Source: the human T2T-CHM13v2.0 reference genome, Homo sapiens
Direction: 5' to 3' (one strand)
Length of the DNA: 64,000 nt
NCBI RefSeq assembly: GCF_009914755.1
Contig: NC_060932.1
Position 1 is the stretch's first letter, and each line of letters starts with the position of its first letter. Below the pieces are notes generated by a model. The model ran no database searches, was not told where the DNA came from, and saw only the letters and a program-made list of their open reading frames with translations. The translations under genes and the position numbers were made by a program. Of this stretch, positions 29,075 through 42,254 are shown in pieces.

Positions 29075-31540
29075 TTATTTTTTAAATTCAACTTTTAATT
29101 TTGAGATCACTGTAGAAGCACATGCAGTTGTAAGAAACAATACAGAGAAATCCAGTGTACCCTTTACCCATTTTCGACCAACGGCAACATCTTGAAAAAC
29201 TATAGTGTGATATCAGACCAGGATATTGACAAGATACAGAACAATATCATCACCACAAATATCCCTGCTATTACCCTATTATAGCCACACCACCTTATCG
29301 ACTGCATCTCCTCCTTCCAACACCCGTCTCAGCCCCTGGCAACCCCTCCTCCATTCTCCATGTCTATAATTTTGTCATTTCAAGAATGTTATATAAATGC
29401 TGTAATCAAGTATGTAACATTTTGGAATTGGCTTTTTTTTACTCTGCATAATTCCCTGAAGCTTCATCCAATTTGCTGTGCACATCAGAAGTTCGTTTCT
29501 TTTTATTGCTGATATTTTTTACCACATGGATGTACCATAGTGTGTTTAGCTATCACCTGTTGAAGGACATCTGGGTTGTTTACAGTTTTTGGGCTACTAC
29601 CAGAAAAACAGCCATGAACACTTGTGTGATAAACACCTAGGAGTATTTATCCAGAGAAATGGAAACATGTTTACACAAAAATATAGGAGAGATACAGAAG
29701 AGATACAGTTATAGGAGAGATACAGTTTATCCACATTGACACTGGCATTTGGTGTTGTCACTATTTCTTATTTTAGCCATTCTGTTGCATAGTGATATTT
29801 CATTGTGATTTTAATTCACATTTCCTAATGACTAATGATGTTGAACATATTTTCAAATGCGTATTTGCCATCCATATATCCTCTTCAGTAAAGTGTTTCT
29901 TCATGTCGTTTTCACATTTTCTGATTGTATTGCTTTTGTTTTATTTTTTAGTGTTAGGTTTTGAGAGATTTTTATGTATCTAGCTACTAGCCCTTTGTCA
30001 GATATGTGGTTTGTAAATATTTTCTTGCTCTCTGAAGCTTGTCTTTTCACTCTCATAATGGGCCATTTTACACAGCAAGAGTTTTAAATTTTGATGAAAT
30101 CTAACCATTAATATTTTCTTTTATGGGTCAGACTTTTGATGGCAAATCTAAGAACTTTTTGCCTAGCCCTAGATACCTATGATTTTCTCCTGTGTTTTGT
30201 TTTCTAAAAGTTTTATAGTGTAAAACTTTTAAGCCTGTGATCTATTTTTGAGTTAATTCTTTAAATATATGAGATTTAAGTTGAGCTTCATTGAAAAGGC
30301 TATCCTTCCTCCACTGAATTGCTTTTGTACCTTTTGGTTGGGCATATTTTTGTGAGTCTGTTTCTAGGTTCTCTATTTGTTTCATTGATCTATGTGTCTA
30401 TCACTCTGTAAATACGACAGCTCTATAATAAATCTTGAAATCAGGTAGATTGATTCCTCCCACTTTATTATTCTTTTACAAAGTTATTTTAGCTATTCTG
30501 GTTCCTTTGCATTTTCATATAAATTTTAGAATAATCGTGTCTATATCTACAAAAATCTTGCTGGGATTCTGATAGGAATTGCATTAAACTTCTATGTAAA
30601 TTGGCAAATAATTGACTTCTTTATTATATTGAATCTTCTAATCCACAAACACACTATGTTTTTCCATTTATTTAGATCTTCTTTGGTTTATTTCATCAAT
30701 GTTTTGTAGTTTTCTGCCACAAAACATGTACAATTGAAGTCCTGTACATGTTTTGTTAGATTTATACTTGGGTTTTTTTAGCAACTGTAAATGGCATTTA
30801 TTTTTTATTTTGGTGTCTGTTATGGACACCATATACTACCTTCCCAGCTGGTAGTATTCCAGCATAGCTAGACTTCTCAGGAAAGACTGATGGGGTGAGA
30901 GAGAATTAGGAGATCCCTCTTGTGGTGGTCTAAGGTCCATTTTCTAAGATTCCAAATTCCTGTATCAAGTACTATAACTTCCATCTGTTATGGATGCCAA
31001 AATAAAATTGACTTTTGTATGTTTGTATTACATCTTGCAACCTTGAGGAACTCACTTATGAGTTCTAGGAGGTTGTTGTTTTGCAGATTTCATGGAATTT
31101 TCTACCTAAACAATCATTTCATCTGCAGATAGGGACAGTTTTATTTTTTCCTTTCTCATCTGCATGCTTTTTTTTCTTCTTGTACCTTTTGAAATTGGCC
31201 AGAACTACCTGTACTATGTTGAATAAGAGTGGTGAGAGCAGACATTGTTGCCTTGTTCTTGATCTTATGGAGAAAGCATTCAGTCCTTCACCACTAAAAA
31301 CAATATTAGCTAGAGCCTTTTGGTAGACACTCTTTATCAAGTTGAGGAAGTTTCCCTCTAATCCATTTTTTCTAAGAGTTTTTATCATGAATACATGTTA
31401 GATTTTTTAAAATGCTTTTTCTGTATCAGTTGACAAGACCACATGATTTTTCTCCTTTAGCCATTAATATGGAAGATTACATTGAATAATTTTCATATAT
31501 TGAATCAGACCTTGCATTTCTGGAACAAACCTTCCTTGGG
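29075..31540 (-). mobile_element. L1MC/MD-type LINE fragment (ORF2 RT region to 3' end)
   Basis: ORF 31119..31388(-) KTLRKNGLEGNFLNLIKSVYQKALANIVFSGE...CLLSPLLFNIV is degenerate L1 ORF2 RT; L1M 3'UTR at 29090. Confidence 0.92.
30840..30982 (+). repeat. 143-bp dispersed direct copy of 34561-34703
   Basis: Ungapped alignment with 13 mismatches in 143 bp by hand count; flanked by tctgttatgga(ca/tg)cca direct repeats. Confidence 0.95.
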
Positions 31541-32210
31541 AGAGTGGAGAGGACCATTAGGGAGTGCTTTGCTGGGTTTTTAGCCACCTGGTACAGGATG
31601 GTGAGAAGTTCAACCAGGAAAGGTAGGAAAAAATTTTCACGGTGAGGTTAACAAGTACAAGAGCACTGACACATGAAACTGGCTTTCTTTTTCAATGCAA
31701 ATATTTCAGGATGGCAGGAATGTTGAGCCCAAGAAGGAGAATGGCAGGATATAAGGCTAAGATATAGGAAAGGCAGAGCTCCAAGAGCTTGTATGCCATG
31801 CTCTGGACCTTGGCCTTTCACCTCAAGGTGGTGGCAACCACTGTGAGGCTGGATGCAGAGAATAATCCAGTAAAGATTGCCTTTTAGAAACCCAGTGCAA
31901 AGGGTAGACTGGAGAACAAATCCTGGAGAGGGGGACCCAACAGGGATACTATAGGAAGAGTTCAGGAAAGAAAAGATAGAGTCTTAAATTACTGAACTTG
32001 TTATCTTCCTTCTTCAAATGCTTCTCTTCTGAGCTACTGACTTTCCTCATTCACCCTTCTACCACTCCTACTGAAGGACATCTTAGACTCTTCTTTTTCA
32101 TTTCTTCTACATCCAATCAGTAGAGACTATGTCTTCATTCTCCCTGCCCCTTGGCTCTACTTGCTGCCATCAACTCAGAGAGCCTAAAGTATTCATACTC
32201 TCCTCACTAG

Positions 32211-32618
<408 letters not shown>

Positions 32619-35600
32619 GAAATTCCCTGTTTTAACCAAATCACTTCCATTTCTCTACAAAAGCTTCAGGAAGGGTCTGCTTGATCTGATACCAGTGAAA
32701 CAGACTCCTGGCTGCTTGGGGGCAGGGACTGAGGTCTTAAAAGAATTGCTTTGAGAGGTCTTGGGAGAGATCTTGTGTGAATTGTCGTGGGGTGCCCAGT
32801 GGAGAGGCAGCCATCTGCAGAGCTTTGTGCCTGAAGAAATACCTCCCCTTTAAACCCTGTTCATTTCTCCTGTGTCCATTCCCTCAAGTGGACTAGCCCA
32901 GGATGGGCACACAGAAGCACTCATATGTACTTGCTGAATTGAACTAATTTGAATATTATTGTTTCAGCCAGCTTATCGCTTTATAATTTGTTTATAATCT
33001 AATCTGAATTTCTGGGACTTTTCTTCTTACTGAAAAGTCTGCTCCTACGTACTTCAGTGTTAGAAGAGCCTTCCCTCTTCATACTTTGCTATGCTCAGCC
33101 TTGCACTTATGGGAGGCAGGAGTTCTGGGTGTTCCTTGGCCACTCAGATCCCCTGGATACTGGGTCTGTGCACCAAGATGATCCCACCAGGCTCTCAGGG
33201 CACTTCTTAGTCTGGATTGTGACAGCCTTGGGGTCATGAATTAAACTGCCTTTGTTATTTTTTTGGTGGGGGATGGGGAGGGGCAGGCATAACACTCCCA
33301 TCTGCCCATCCAGGGACAGAACAATATTTATTTAGTAAATGATTGTTAATATTTGGTTAGATGTGAAATCCTGAGGAAGTAATTTCAAGAACACAAACCA
33401 ACACCCAGCCCTCAGGTTCCCTGAATCTAGTCGGTCACCACCCCCAGCCCTCACAACGTATCAGAATGCCAAAGACTGAATTCCTTACCTTCCTTCATTC
33501 TCTTCCTCTCAGATCTGCTCCCTAAGCCCTCTTTAAGCCCCTTTATGTCACTACACAGCCTGGGCATCCACTCCAAGTACTATCTCTACCCGACTCCTCC
33601 CTCTTCTTTCTTCCAGTCCTAGGTTGTTTGTTCACACCTGTCATATCTCCATTTATAACAGCTATTAGGGAATTCCTCTCCAACCCCAGCCCTGTCTGCC
33701 TTTGAGGACTATCTGCTCATCTCTCCACCATGACCTCTGGCCTTGGGTCCTCCTGCTTCTTGTGTCGGAACAATGGTGGTGGTATCAACAGTAAGAACTG
33801 CTTTGAAGAGAGTCTTCAAGGTGGCTTTGGAGTGTTGTGAGGATGTGCTGGATGCTTGGTCAAAGGAGAAGAGAACTTCAAAATGGAGACTGCTAGGAAT
33901 CACCTGTGGACGGGAATAGAAAAACACAATAGCAGATCACAGATTGCTCTTTGCCAAGGTTTTAGCTTCCATGACCCACTATAAAGAAATCAAACCCTAT
34001 AAAAAAATCAAACTCCAAGGTTGGCAGTGGAAGAAAAGAGCCTTTATGTGAATAAGGTACCTGGATCTCAGGGACCCGACTCTTGGGGGAGTAGCTACCT
34101 CTTTAATCTTCCTGCCCAAGCCCTGCCCATAATTCTTCTCTCTGTGCCCAGTCCATCCAGTGAAATCAAGTTGGAGAACAGATACCACTTAACTAGAACA
34201 CTGGGCTCCCCTGCTGTGTCACCCCAGCATTTCTGTCCACGTTTTGCCACTCAAAGCCCTTACCACCAAGATTAAAAACAGCTGTAATTGGTTTGTCATC
34301 CTCAGATTGTATCCGTGTCATTCATCCTCATATTCTAGATCATAGCTCAGTGACTGCCACAGGATAGATGCCCAATAATTGTTTGTTGAATGAATGAATA
34401 GATCAACTTTGCTTAAGACTCCAGGATATCAGCAAAGAAAGCAGACCCAAAGAGCTACTTGTAAGTAATCTGGCTTCCAAAATGTAAAGTACTCATCTTG
34501 AGCTTGGGTTCCTCTCCAGGGCCTCCCTACCTACCTCCCGGCATATCTCCACATCAATCCCTTTCCAGCTGGTAGTATTCCAGCAAAGCTAGACTTCTCA
34601 AGACAGATTGATGGGGTGAGAGAAAATTAAGAGATCCTTCTCATGGTGGTCTAAGGTCCATTCTCCAAGATTCCAAATTCCTGTATCAAATACTATAACT
34701 TCCTTGGGTGATAAATTCTGGGAATGTCTACCTCATTGTGGGCTTACTCTAGGTCAGAAAGGAAAACAGCTTTCATTTCCTTTGCCAACTTTCATCAGTT
34801 TCTCCCTGAAATATTCTATTGAGAATTAGCCAGAAAGAGTAGGTGATCAATTAACACAGTCTGCTATGGATATGGGAGGGAGAAAAGATAGCATTTATGG
34901 AGTGTATTGCCTGTGGTCTCAGCAGAACAATCTGTCTTTATACAACAAAAGCGGTCAATATCCACACTTAGAGAGATTATTTCATACTTATCATTTAAGG
35001 TTTCAGATGTCTTTTGACAGTCTCCATGCCTTCTACTCTGCTACAGAGACTTGAAGAGGGGGAAATTTTAATAATTTGTATCAGCTTCTGAGGTGATTTC
35101 TTTTTTTCTAAATACAACTGAAGCTGAAGGAAACAATTACAACAGGATGGTATTACTTAAGCCCAATTCAACCATTATTATTTTTTAAATTTTATAATTT
35201 TATTATGAGCCTTCAATGGAATGCTGTGCTCTTTGTTAAGCATCATCCCCAAGCTTGGCAATGGTGCATGGATAAACCAGGAATAGCCCGGAAGCTCCCT
35301 CTCTGCCCTGTGCCACCTGGGTCTAAGACACATCTTCCAATAGGCCCCCAACGGGGTCAGGCTCAGCATCTCCACCAGGACTCTTTCTATTAGAGCTCTT
35401 GGTGGGAAACCAAGAAGGGGCAGCTGACCACCAGGTTACTTCCTTTCCAAGAAATTCCTGAGACCACCACTAGGGCAGTGGCTGATGCCAGCTGGGGAAG
35501 GCCTGAGTGAGTTTCAGCTGGTTCTGTGTTTGAACCAACATAGGAGTGCTCAGCACCAGGAGACAGAGGGCAATCTGACCCACTTTTCCTCACCAGTGCT

Positions 35601-36352
35601 GACCCTGGCTGCAGATTGGGAGGGGAAACACCAAATGCCACAAGGAGCTGAAACAAAAGGTGGGGGGATGGCAGGGCAGAGTGGAGGGAGAGAATTATTG
35701 ACAGGAATAAGATGGGAAAGGTGGCGGAGACAGCATTTGGGTGTTGAAATTACCCTGTGAATTTTTTCTGGTACTTTCCCATAACTCTGAGACTGAACGT
35801 GTGCATGTGACATGTCTAAAACTGTGACTTGTTTAAAGCAATTGTTTGAAAACTGTCAGAACCAGGAGCTGATAGAGATAGGCTTCTAACTTAAATATCT
35901 AAAGGGAGGATTTCTTCCTAACTTCAAGAATGTGACCAGCTCATCAAAAGCAAGCAAGCAAGCATCAATGCATCACTTTGCTCAGTGTGTCTCAGTTCAG
36001 CTTCCTACGCTATCTTCAGCTGTTTCTCAGATTTAAGAGTACTTGGTCTTTCTCAGGAGACAGCATATCTTATTTGCAGGTAAAGGACAACACCCCATTT
36101 GATAGTAAAAGATTGAATATCTAGAAAGTGTTTGTTTTCCTACTGTTTAAAAATTGTTTTTCCAGAAGATAAACAGATACAAATATCCATGGATGATTTG
36201 AGAAGTGCATAGGTGATAAATGGGGAAGAGAAAACCCATTCTGCCTCCTCAGTCATCCACTGATGTCTGAGAAAGAATGATATTACTTTTTTTCCCTCTC
36301 TCTTGACCTTCCTGTGCAATAAATACTGATGACAATAGCAGCATATAATATT

Positions 36353-36486
36353 TACGGTGGCCATGTAATTTACTCTCCAGACTGGGACTCTTTGGAGAGT
36401 GAAAGGGAGTGCTAATAATCATTACTCCAGGACAGTAGACTTAAATGCAGGATGGTAGACTTAAATGGAAACATATGGTCATCCTA
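36353..36486 (+). mobile_element. MER94-like hAT-Blackjack MITE
   Basis: Terminal inverted repeats tacggtggccatgt / atatggtcatccta; core actgggactctttggagagtgaaaggg. Confidence 0.75.
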
Positions 36487-36489
36487 ATA

Positions 36490-36725
36490 ATGGTGGAAAT
36501 TTACCATGGATTCTGGAGTCATGCCCAGATTTCAATCCCAGCTTCCCACATACTTACCCACCATGTAATTACAGACATGTTACTTCACCTCCAAGACCTC
36601 CATTTCATTCACTATAAAGATGTGTGGTCTGTCCTTCAAGTTTATAATATCTTGCAATACTGTTATGAGGATTAAATGAGATAGTTATGTAAAATCACCT
36701 AGCATAGCGCAAGGCTGGCATTCCA
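36490..36725 (+). mobile_element. MIR containing a foreign 32-bp patch
   Basis: ttctggagtc...ttcaatcccagctt...gttacttcacctc...gttatgaggattaaatgagata. Confidence 0.8.
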
Positions 36726-36834
36726 AATATATTCATATTCTTTGCTTTATAGCAATATGCCAGGATTAGTGAATCAGTTTGTTTATCCATTTCTTCAAGT
36801 ACCCAAGAGTGAATTGGACAAGCATTTATTAAGA

Positions 36835-37961
36835 CCAGTGGTTCTCAGTGGAAGCAGTACGACTCCATGGGGATGCTTTGGAAAATTGTGGTGGTGTATG
36901 TGGTTGTCACAGTGACTTGTGTATGTGGGGAGGGTACTACTGGCATTTAGCAAGAGGGTGCTGGGGTCGCTAGACATCCTGCAATATCCAGAAAAGTTTT
37001 GCACAACGAAGGATTCTTCCTCATCCCTCAGGGCCTACTAGTGCCCCATTTGATGTTCCTGGAGGCCAAAAAAAAAAAAATCTTTATAATTATGTGAGCC
37101 TAGAACCCAATTTGATTTTACATATAAATACAAAGCATTTGTTGCAGAGTTCTAATATGCACCAGATTTTCCCATAATGTGTCAGCTGTATAAATTAAAG
37201 AAAGACTGTGCTTTGTTCAGAATTTTACTAAGCGTTGTTCACTATTTCAGGAACTCTCATTACTAGTAAAAAAAAAAAAAAAAGAAATACCACTGTTGGA
37301 TAGTAATAGTAAAATAGGGAAGGATATGTTAGTCATTAATACAACACGCCACTCTTAAACTGCACTTAAGGCCTTCACATTCACATCATTCTCTTATGAG
37401 TGAAAGCATTTGACTCATGTCTTCTAGTGTGACTATCCTAAGGGTATACATAATGAAAATCATATTATTTTATTGTAAATTATTTTCTCTTTTATAACAA
37501 GGCATTATATTTGTGGCAGAAACTGCTAGATGCCCACCAAAATCCATGTTCCACTCTCTCTCCTGGTTCCTCAACTAGACTCTATTTCCCATCTACCCTT
37601 GCAGGCAGGTGTGGTCATGTGCTTGAGTCCTAGCCAATGGCCCCTGAGCAGAAGTGGCACATGCCACTTCCAGGCCTGGCCCATGGAAACCTCCCAGGTA
37701 CATGCCTCCATGTCTGTTTCAACTCCCTGCCCATTATTTATCTGCTCAGTCCTATCATGAGAGCTAGAAATAAACGTTTATTGCATTTAAGCTATTAAAC
37801 ATATTAGGGTGCATTTGTTTTAGCAATAAGGGGAACCCAACTAATACAATATGGGCTTTTAAAAAAACTTATTTGTGAATTTCATTTTAAGATAGTAAAA
37901 AGGACATTATAAATTATTAGCTATAAAAGGGGTGTTAGGTCTGATAGTGTTGAGAACTGCT
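36835..37961 (+). mobile_element. MER20B-like hAT element inserted in an L2, split by an MLT1 LTR
   Basis: cagtggttctcagtgg...tggttgtcacagtgact...tggcatttag...catcctgcaat; ends gttgagaactgctg. Confidence 0.7.
37512..37847 (+). mobile_element. MLT1 (I/J-like) MaLR LTR
   Basis: tgtggcagaaactgctaga...gagtcctagccaatgg...ccacttccaggcctggccc...aataaac...ctaataca. Confidence 0.75.
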
Positions 37962-37968
37962 GGCCTAG

Positions 37969-38632
37969 ACTATGGAAGGTGCTGTAAGGACTAGACAGAA
38001 AAAAAATGTGTGGTCTGTCCTTCAAGTTTATAATATCACATGCACAACTACACAGGCGCACACACATGCAGAGTTCATTAGTTCAAGGCTGTGTATGATA
38101 AGAAACAAGTGAGTTGTGTAGACTGGATGGACTCCGAACTTTTCATTTTGCAACCCCATTAGTTAAAAGCATGTTGTGCAAGCACTTTCAATATATATTT
38201 CATAGAATTCAAGACACTATCAGTTGTGCATTACATCATCACATTATACAGCATGAAGAAAGAAAAATATCCCTGCCAATCAAATTGTGACATAGGCTTT
38301 CGTAGGTATTGATTGTAAAATGTATTCCAATATGAGAGATGTTAAAATGTGAAACAATGTGTGTCTCAGAACTGATAAAAAAAAGATCATATGTTTCTAA
38401 ATGAATATATTATGTCCTCTTAAAAGCATACGCAAAAATGGGAGTTTGAAAAGGTTGAAATTTTATAAGCAAAAGTTCAATACCTTCCTGTTGCACCCCA
38501 AAGGATCAGTGCAGACACCCCACCCTGGAGGCCACAGGCATAGATGGAGGTCCTGTGTGGGCCCAGAAAAGTGAGGGGGCTCTTAGCTGAGTCTGTGTGG
38601 CTCTGGGGAAGTGGACGGGCATTCCAGAAGAA
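37969..38632 (+). repeat. Inverted repeat, left arm (~660 bp)
   Basis: Reverse complement of 39206-39862; for example 38101-38220 differs from its partner at 5 of 120 positions. Confidence 0.97.
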
Positions 38633-39205
38633 TCCAGTATTCCAGAATTATCCAGCTTCTGGAATACCAGAAGAATCCACCTCCAGCTTTCACACTATAT
38701 TTCTTTAGTGCCTTCCTCTCAGCAACCTGTCCTCTCACAAGAAAAATATGTTGGTTACCTCTGTTGGGGGTAATTGCATTTTAATTGGAGTCTTCAGTCC
38801 TTTAACTGAAAGGGATTAATCTTCAAAGGAGAAATTGTGACCGTCAGTAGGGGAGCTATCTTGAGCCAGGTACTCGTGACTTCTGTTAGAGCCACCGCAC
38901 GTCTGACTTGTAAGATCAGCCTTAAGTGGCACCTACCCAAATCTTGTGTTGCTCTTTGTCTATGCTGACGTTAAATACAGTGCCCAGCTGTCATCGGCTT
39001 ACCCAGTTCAAGTTAGCTCCATTTACATGCCGCTATTTCCCTAAGTTGTTTATCTTTCTCCCAGAGAGTAGCTTCCTCGCCTGGCTACCCTACTTCTGTC
39101 ATTCGCCCTAACACTGAGGCTGAGAACCACAGTCACTTCTGGCCCCTTGGCTTCACTGTCCCCCAACATCACTCAGATGCTTTCCCTGTTTCTGTGTTTG
39201 GGCAC

Positions 39206-39862
39206 TTCTTCTGAAATGTTTGTCCACTTCCCTAGAGCCACACAGACTCAGCTAAGAGCCCCTCACTCTTCTGGGCCCACACAGGACCTCTGTCTATGCC
39301 AGTGGCCTCCAGAGTGGGGTGTCTGTAGTGATCCTTTCGGGTGCAACAGGAAGGTATTAAACTTTTGCTTATAAAACTTCAACCTTTTAAAACTCCCATT
39401 TTTGTGTATGCTTTTAAGAGGACATAATATATTCATTTAGAAGCATATGATCATTTTTTATCAGTTCTGAGACACACATTGTTTCACATTTTAACATCTC
39501 TCATATTGAGATGCATTTTACAATCAATACCTACAGAAAGGCTATGTCACAATTTGGCAGGGATATTTTTCTTACTTCATGCTGTATAACGTAATGATGT
39601 AATGCACAATTGATAGTGTCTTGAGTTCTATGAAATATATATTGAAAGTGCTTGCACAACATGTTTTTAACTAACAGGGTTGCAAAATGAAAAGTTTGGA
39701 GTCCATCCAGTCTACACAACTCACTTGTTTCTTACCACACACAGCCTTGAATTAATGAACTCTGCGTGCATGTGCCTGTGTAGTTGTGCATGTGATTTTA
39801 TAGACTAGAAGGATAGACCATGCATTATTCTTTTGTCTAGTCCTTACAGCACCTTCTGTAGT
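39206..39862 (-). repeat. Inverted repeat, right arm
   Basis: Reverse complement of 37969-38632; 573-bp spacer between arms. Confidence 0.97.
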
Positions 39863-40025
39863 GCTGTAAGGACTGTAAGCACCTTCCATAGCACCTTCCA
39901 TCTGGGAACCCCAAGAGGAGAAAAGACTGGGCAAACAGGAGAGGTAGGCAGGCACTGGGATTGCTAAAGTGGCTTTTAGGTTCAAAACCTGCATAAAGAG
40001 TCTTGAATTGAATTATCCACTGAAT

Positions 40026-40138
40026 TCTCTCCCTCCTCTCTCTTTCCATCTCTCTATTTCCTTCTCTCTCACACACACACACACTCTCTCTCCTTCTCTC
40101 TCTCTCTCTAAAAATATCTATATACATACACACACATA
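40026..40138. repeat. Compound (CT)n/(CA)n/(TA)n microsatellite
   Basis: Direct reading. Confidence 0.9.
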
Positions 40139-40595
40139 TGTGAGTGTAGGTGTATGTTTTCTCACAAGGTGATTTTTAGCAAGAGAAAAATTGTAAAAAA
40201 CTCAGAAATAACCATTTTTAGTATTCCTAAGATTAAAAGTAAGGAAAGAAATCTAAGGGGAAAAGACCAAGAGATCTGAATAGATAATTTTAAAAATCTG
40301 TAAAAAAGGGAAAACATCACCAAAATTTAGATTAAAAGGCAAACTGAAAAAAAGTTTGCAGCGAATGCAAAAAAGAGCTTCTATCTTTTCTTTATAAAGA
40401 GCTGAAGTAACTCAATAACAAAAATGCAAAGAACTCTAAACGCAAACATGCAAGGATATTTACAGACAATTCATTAAAGAGGCACCATAACTAGTCAATG
40501 ATCATAAAGCCCATGGGGAAAGGGGCCATGTGTATGTGTCCACCATTAGAGACCTAATACCTGGGTCAGTGCCTGGTTCACCTGTTAAGTAAATA

Positions 40596-41775
<1,180 letters not shown>

Positions 41776-42254
41776 AAGAAAAGAATGCTTGGTTTATTTC
41801 TTTTTATTCATCATAGATGTGCTTGTAAAGTAGATAATGCATCATGAACACGTCTCTCTACTAATGAAAACCTTTCAGTGTTAGGGTCCATGGTTTCAAA
41901 CTTTCTGAGTTGTTGAGGTCTACAAAGGCTTCTGCCAAACCCTTGACAGTGAATTTGCTCAGGGTTTTTTCTTTTTCTTCTGCAGTTTCCTTTTCTCTTG
42001 ACTCTTCTTTAAGCTCTGAGTTTCTGTTCCAGCTCTCACAACTCTGTCAGTTCCTCAGGACTCACATCTAGAGGCTCCTCAATGTCATCCTAATCCACAC
42101 TGAGGTTAAAGTTGTTTGTTCCCTTATAATCATGTGGGACCACCACCACATATCCAATTCATTATTGCCACATAGCTGTATTTGTTGAATGATTGATTCA
42201 ATGAATGAATGAATGAATGAATGAATTAAAAAAGTTGACCTTGAGGTAATCAAA

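Noticed and set aside
31119-31388. RT-like ORF
   Set aside because: It is a decayed L1 ORF2 fragment surrounded by stops and frameshifts, not a gene or a novel reverse transcriptase.
37969-39862. Inverted arms as terminal inverted repeats of a novel transposon
   Set aside because: The arms are mosaics of older repeats continuous with flanking L2, there is no TSD or transposase ORF in the spacer, and the junction scars indicate a rearrangement.
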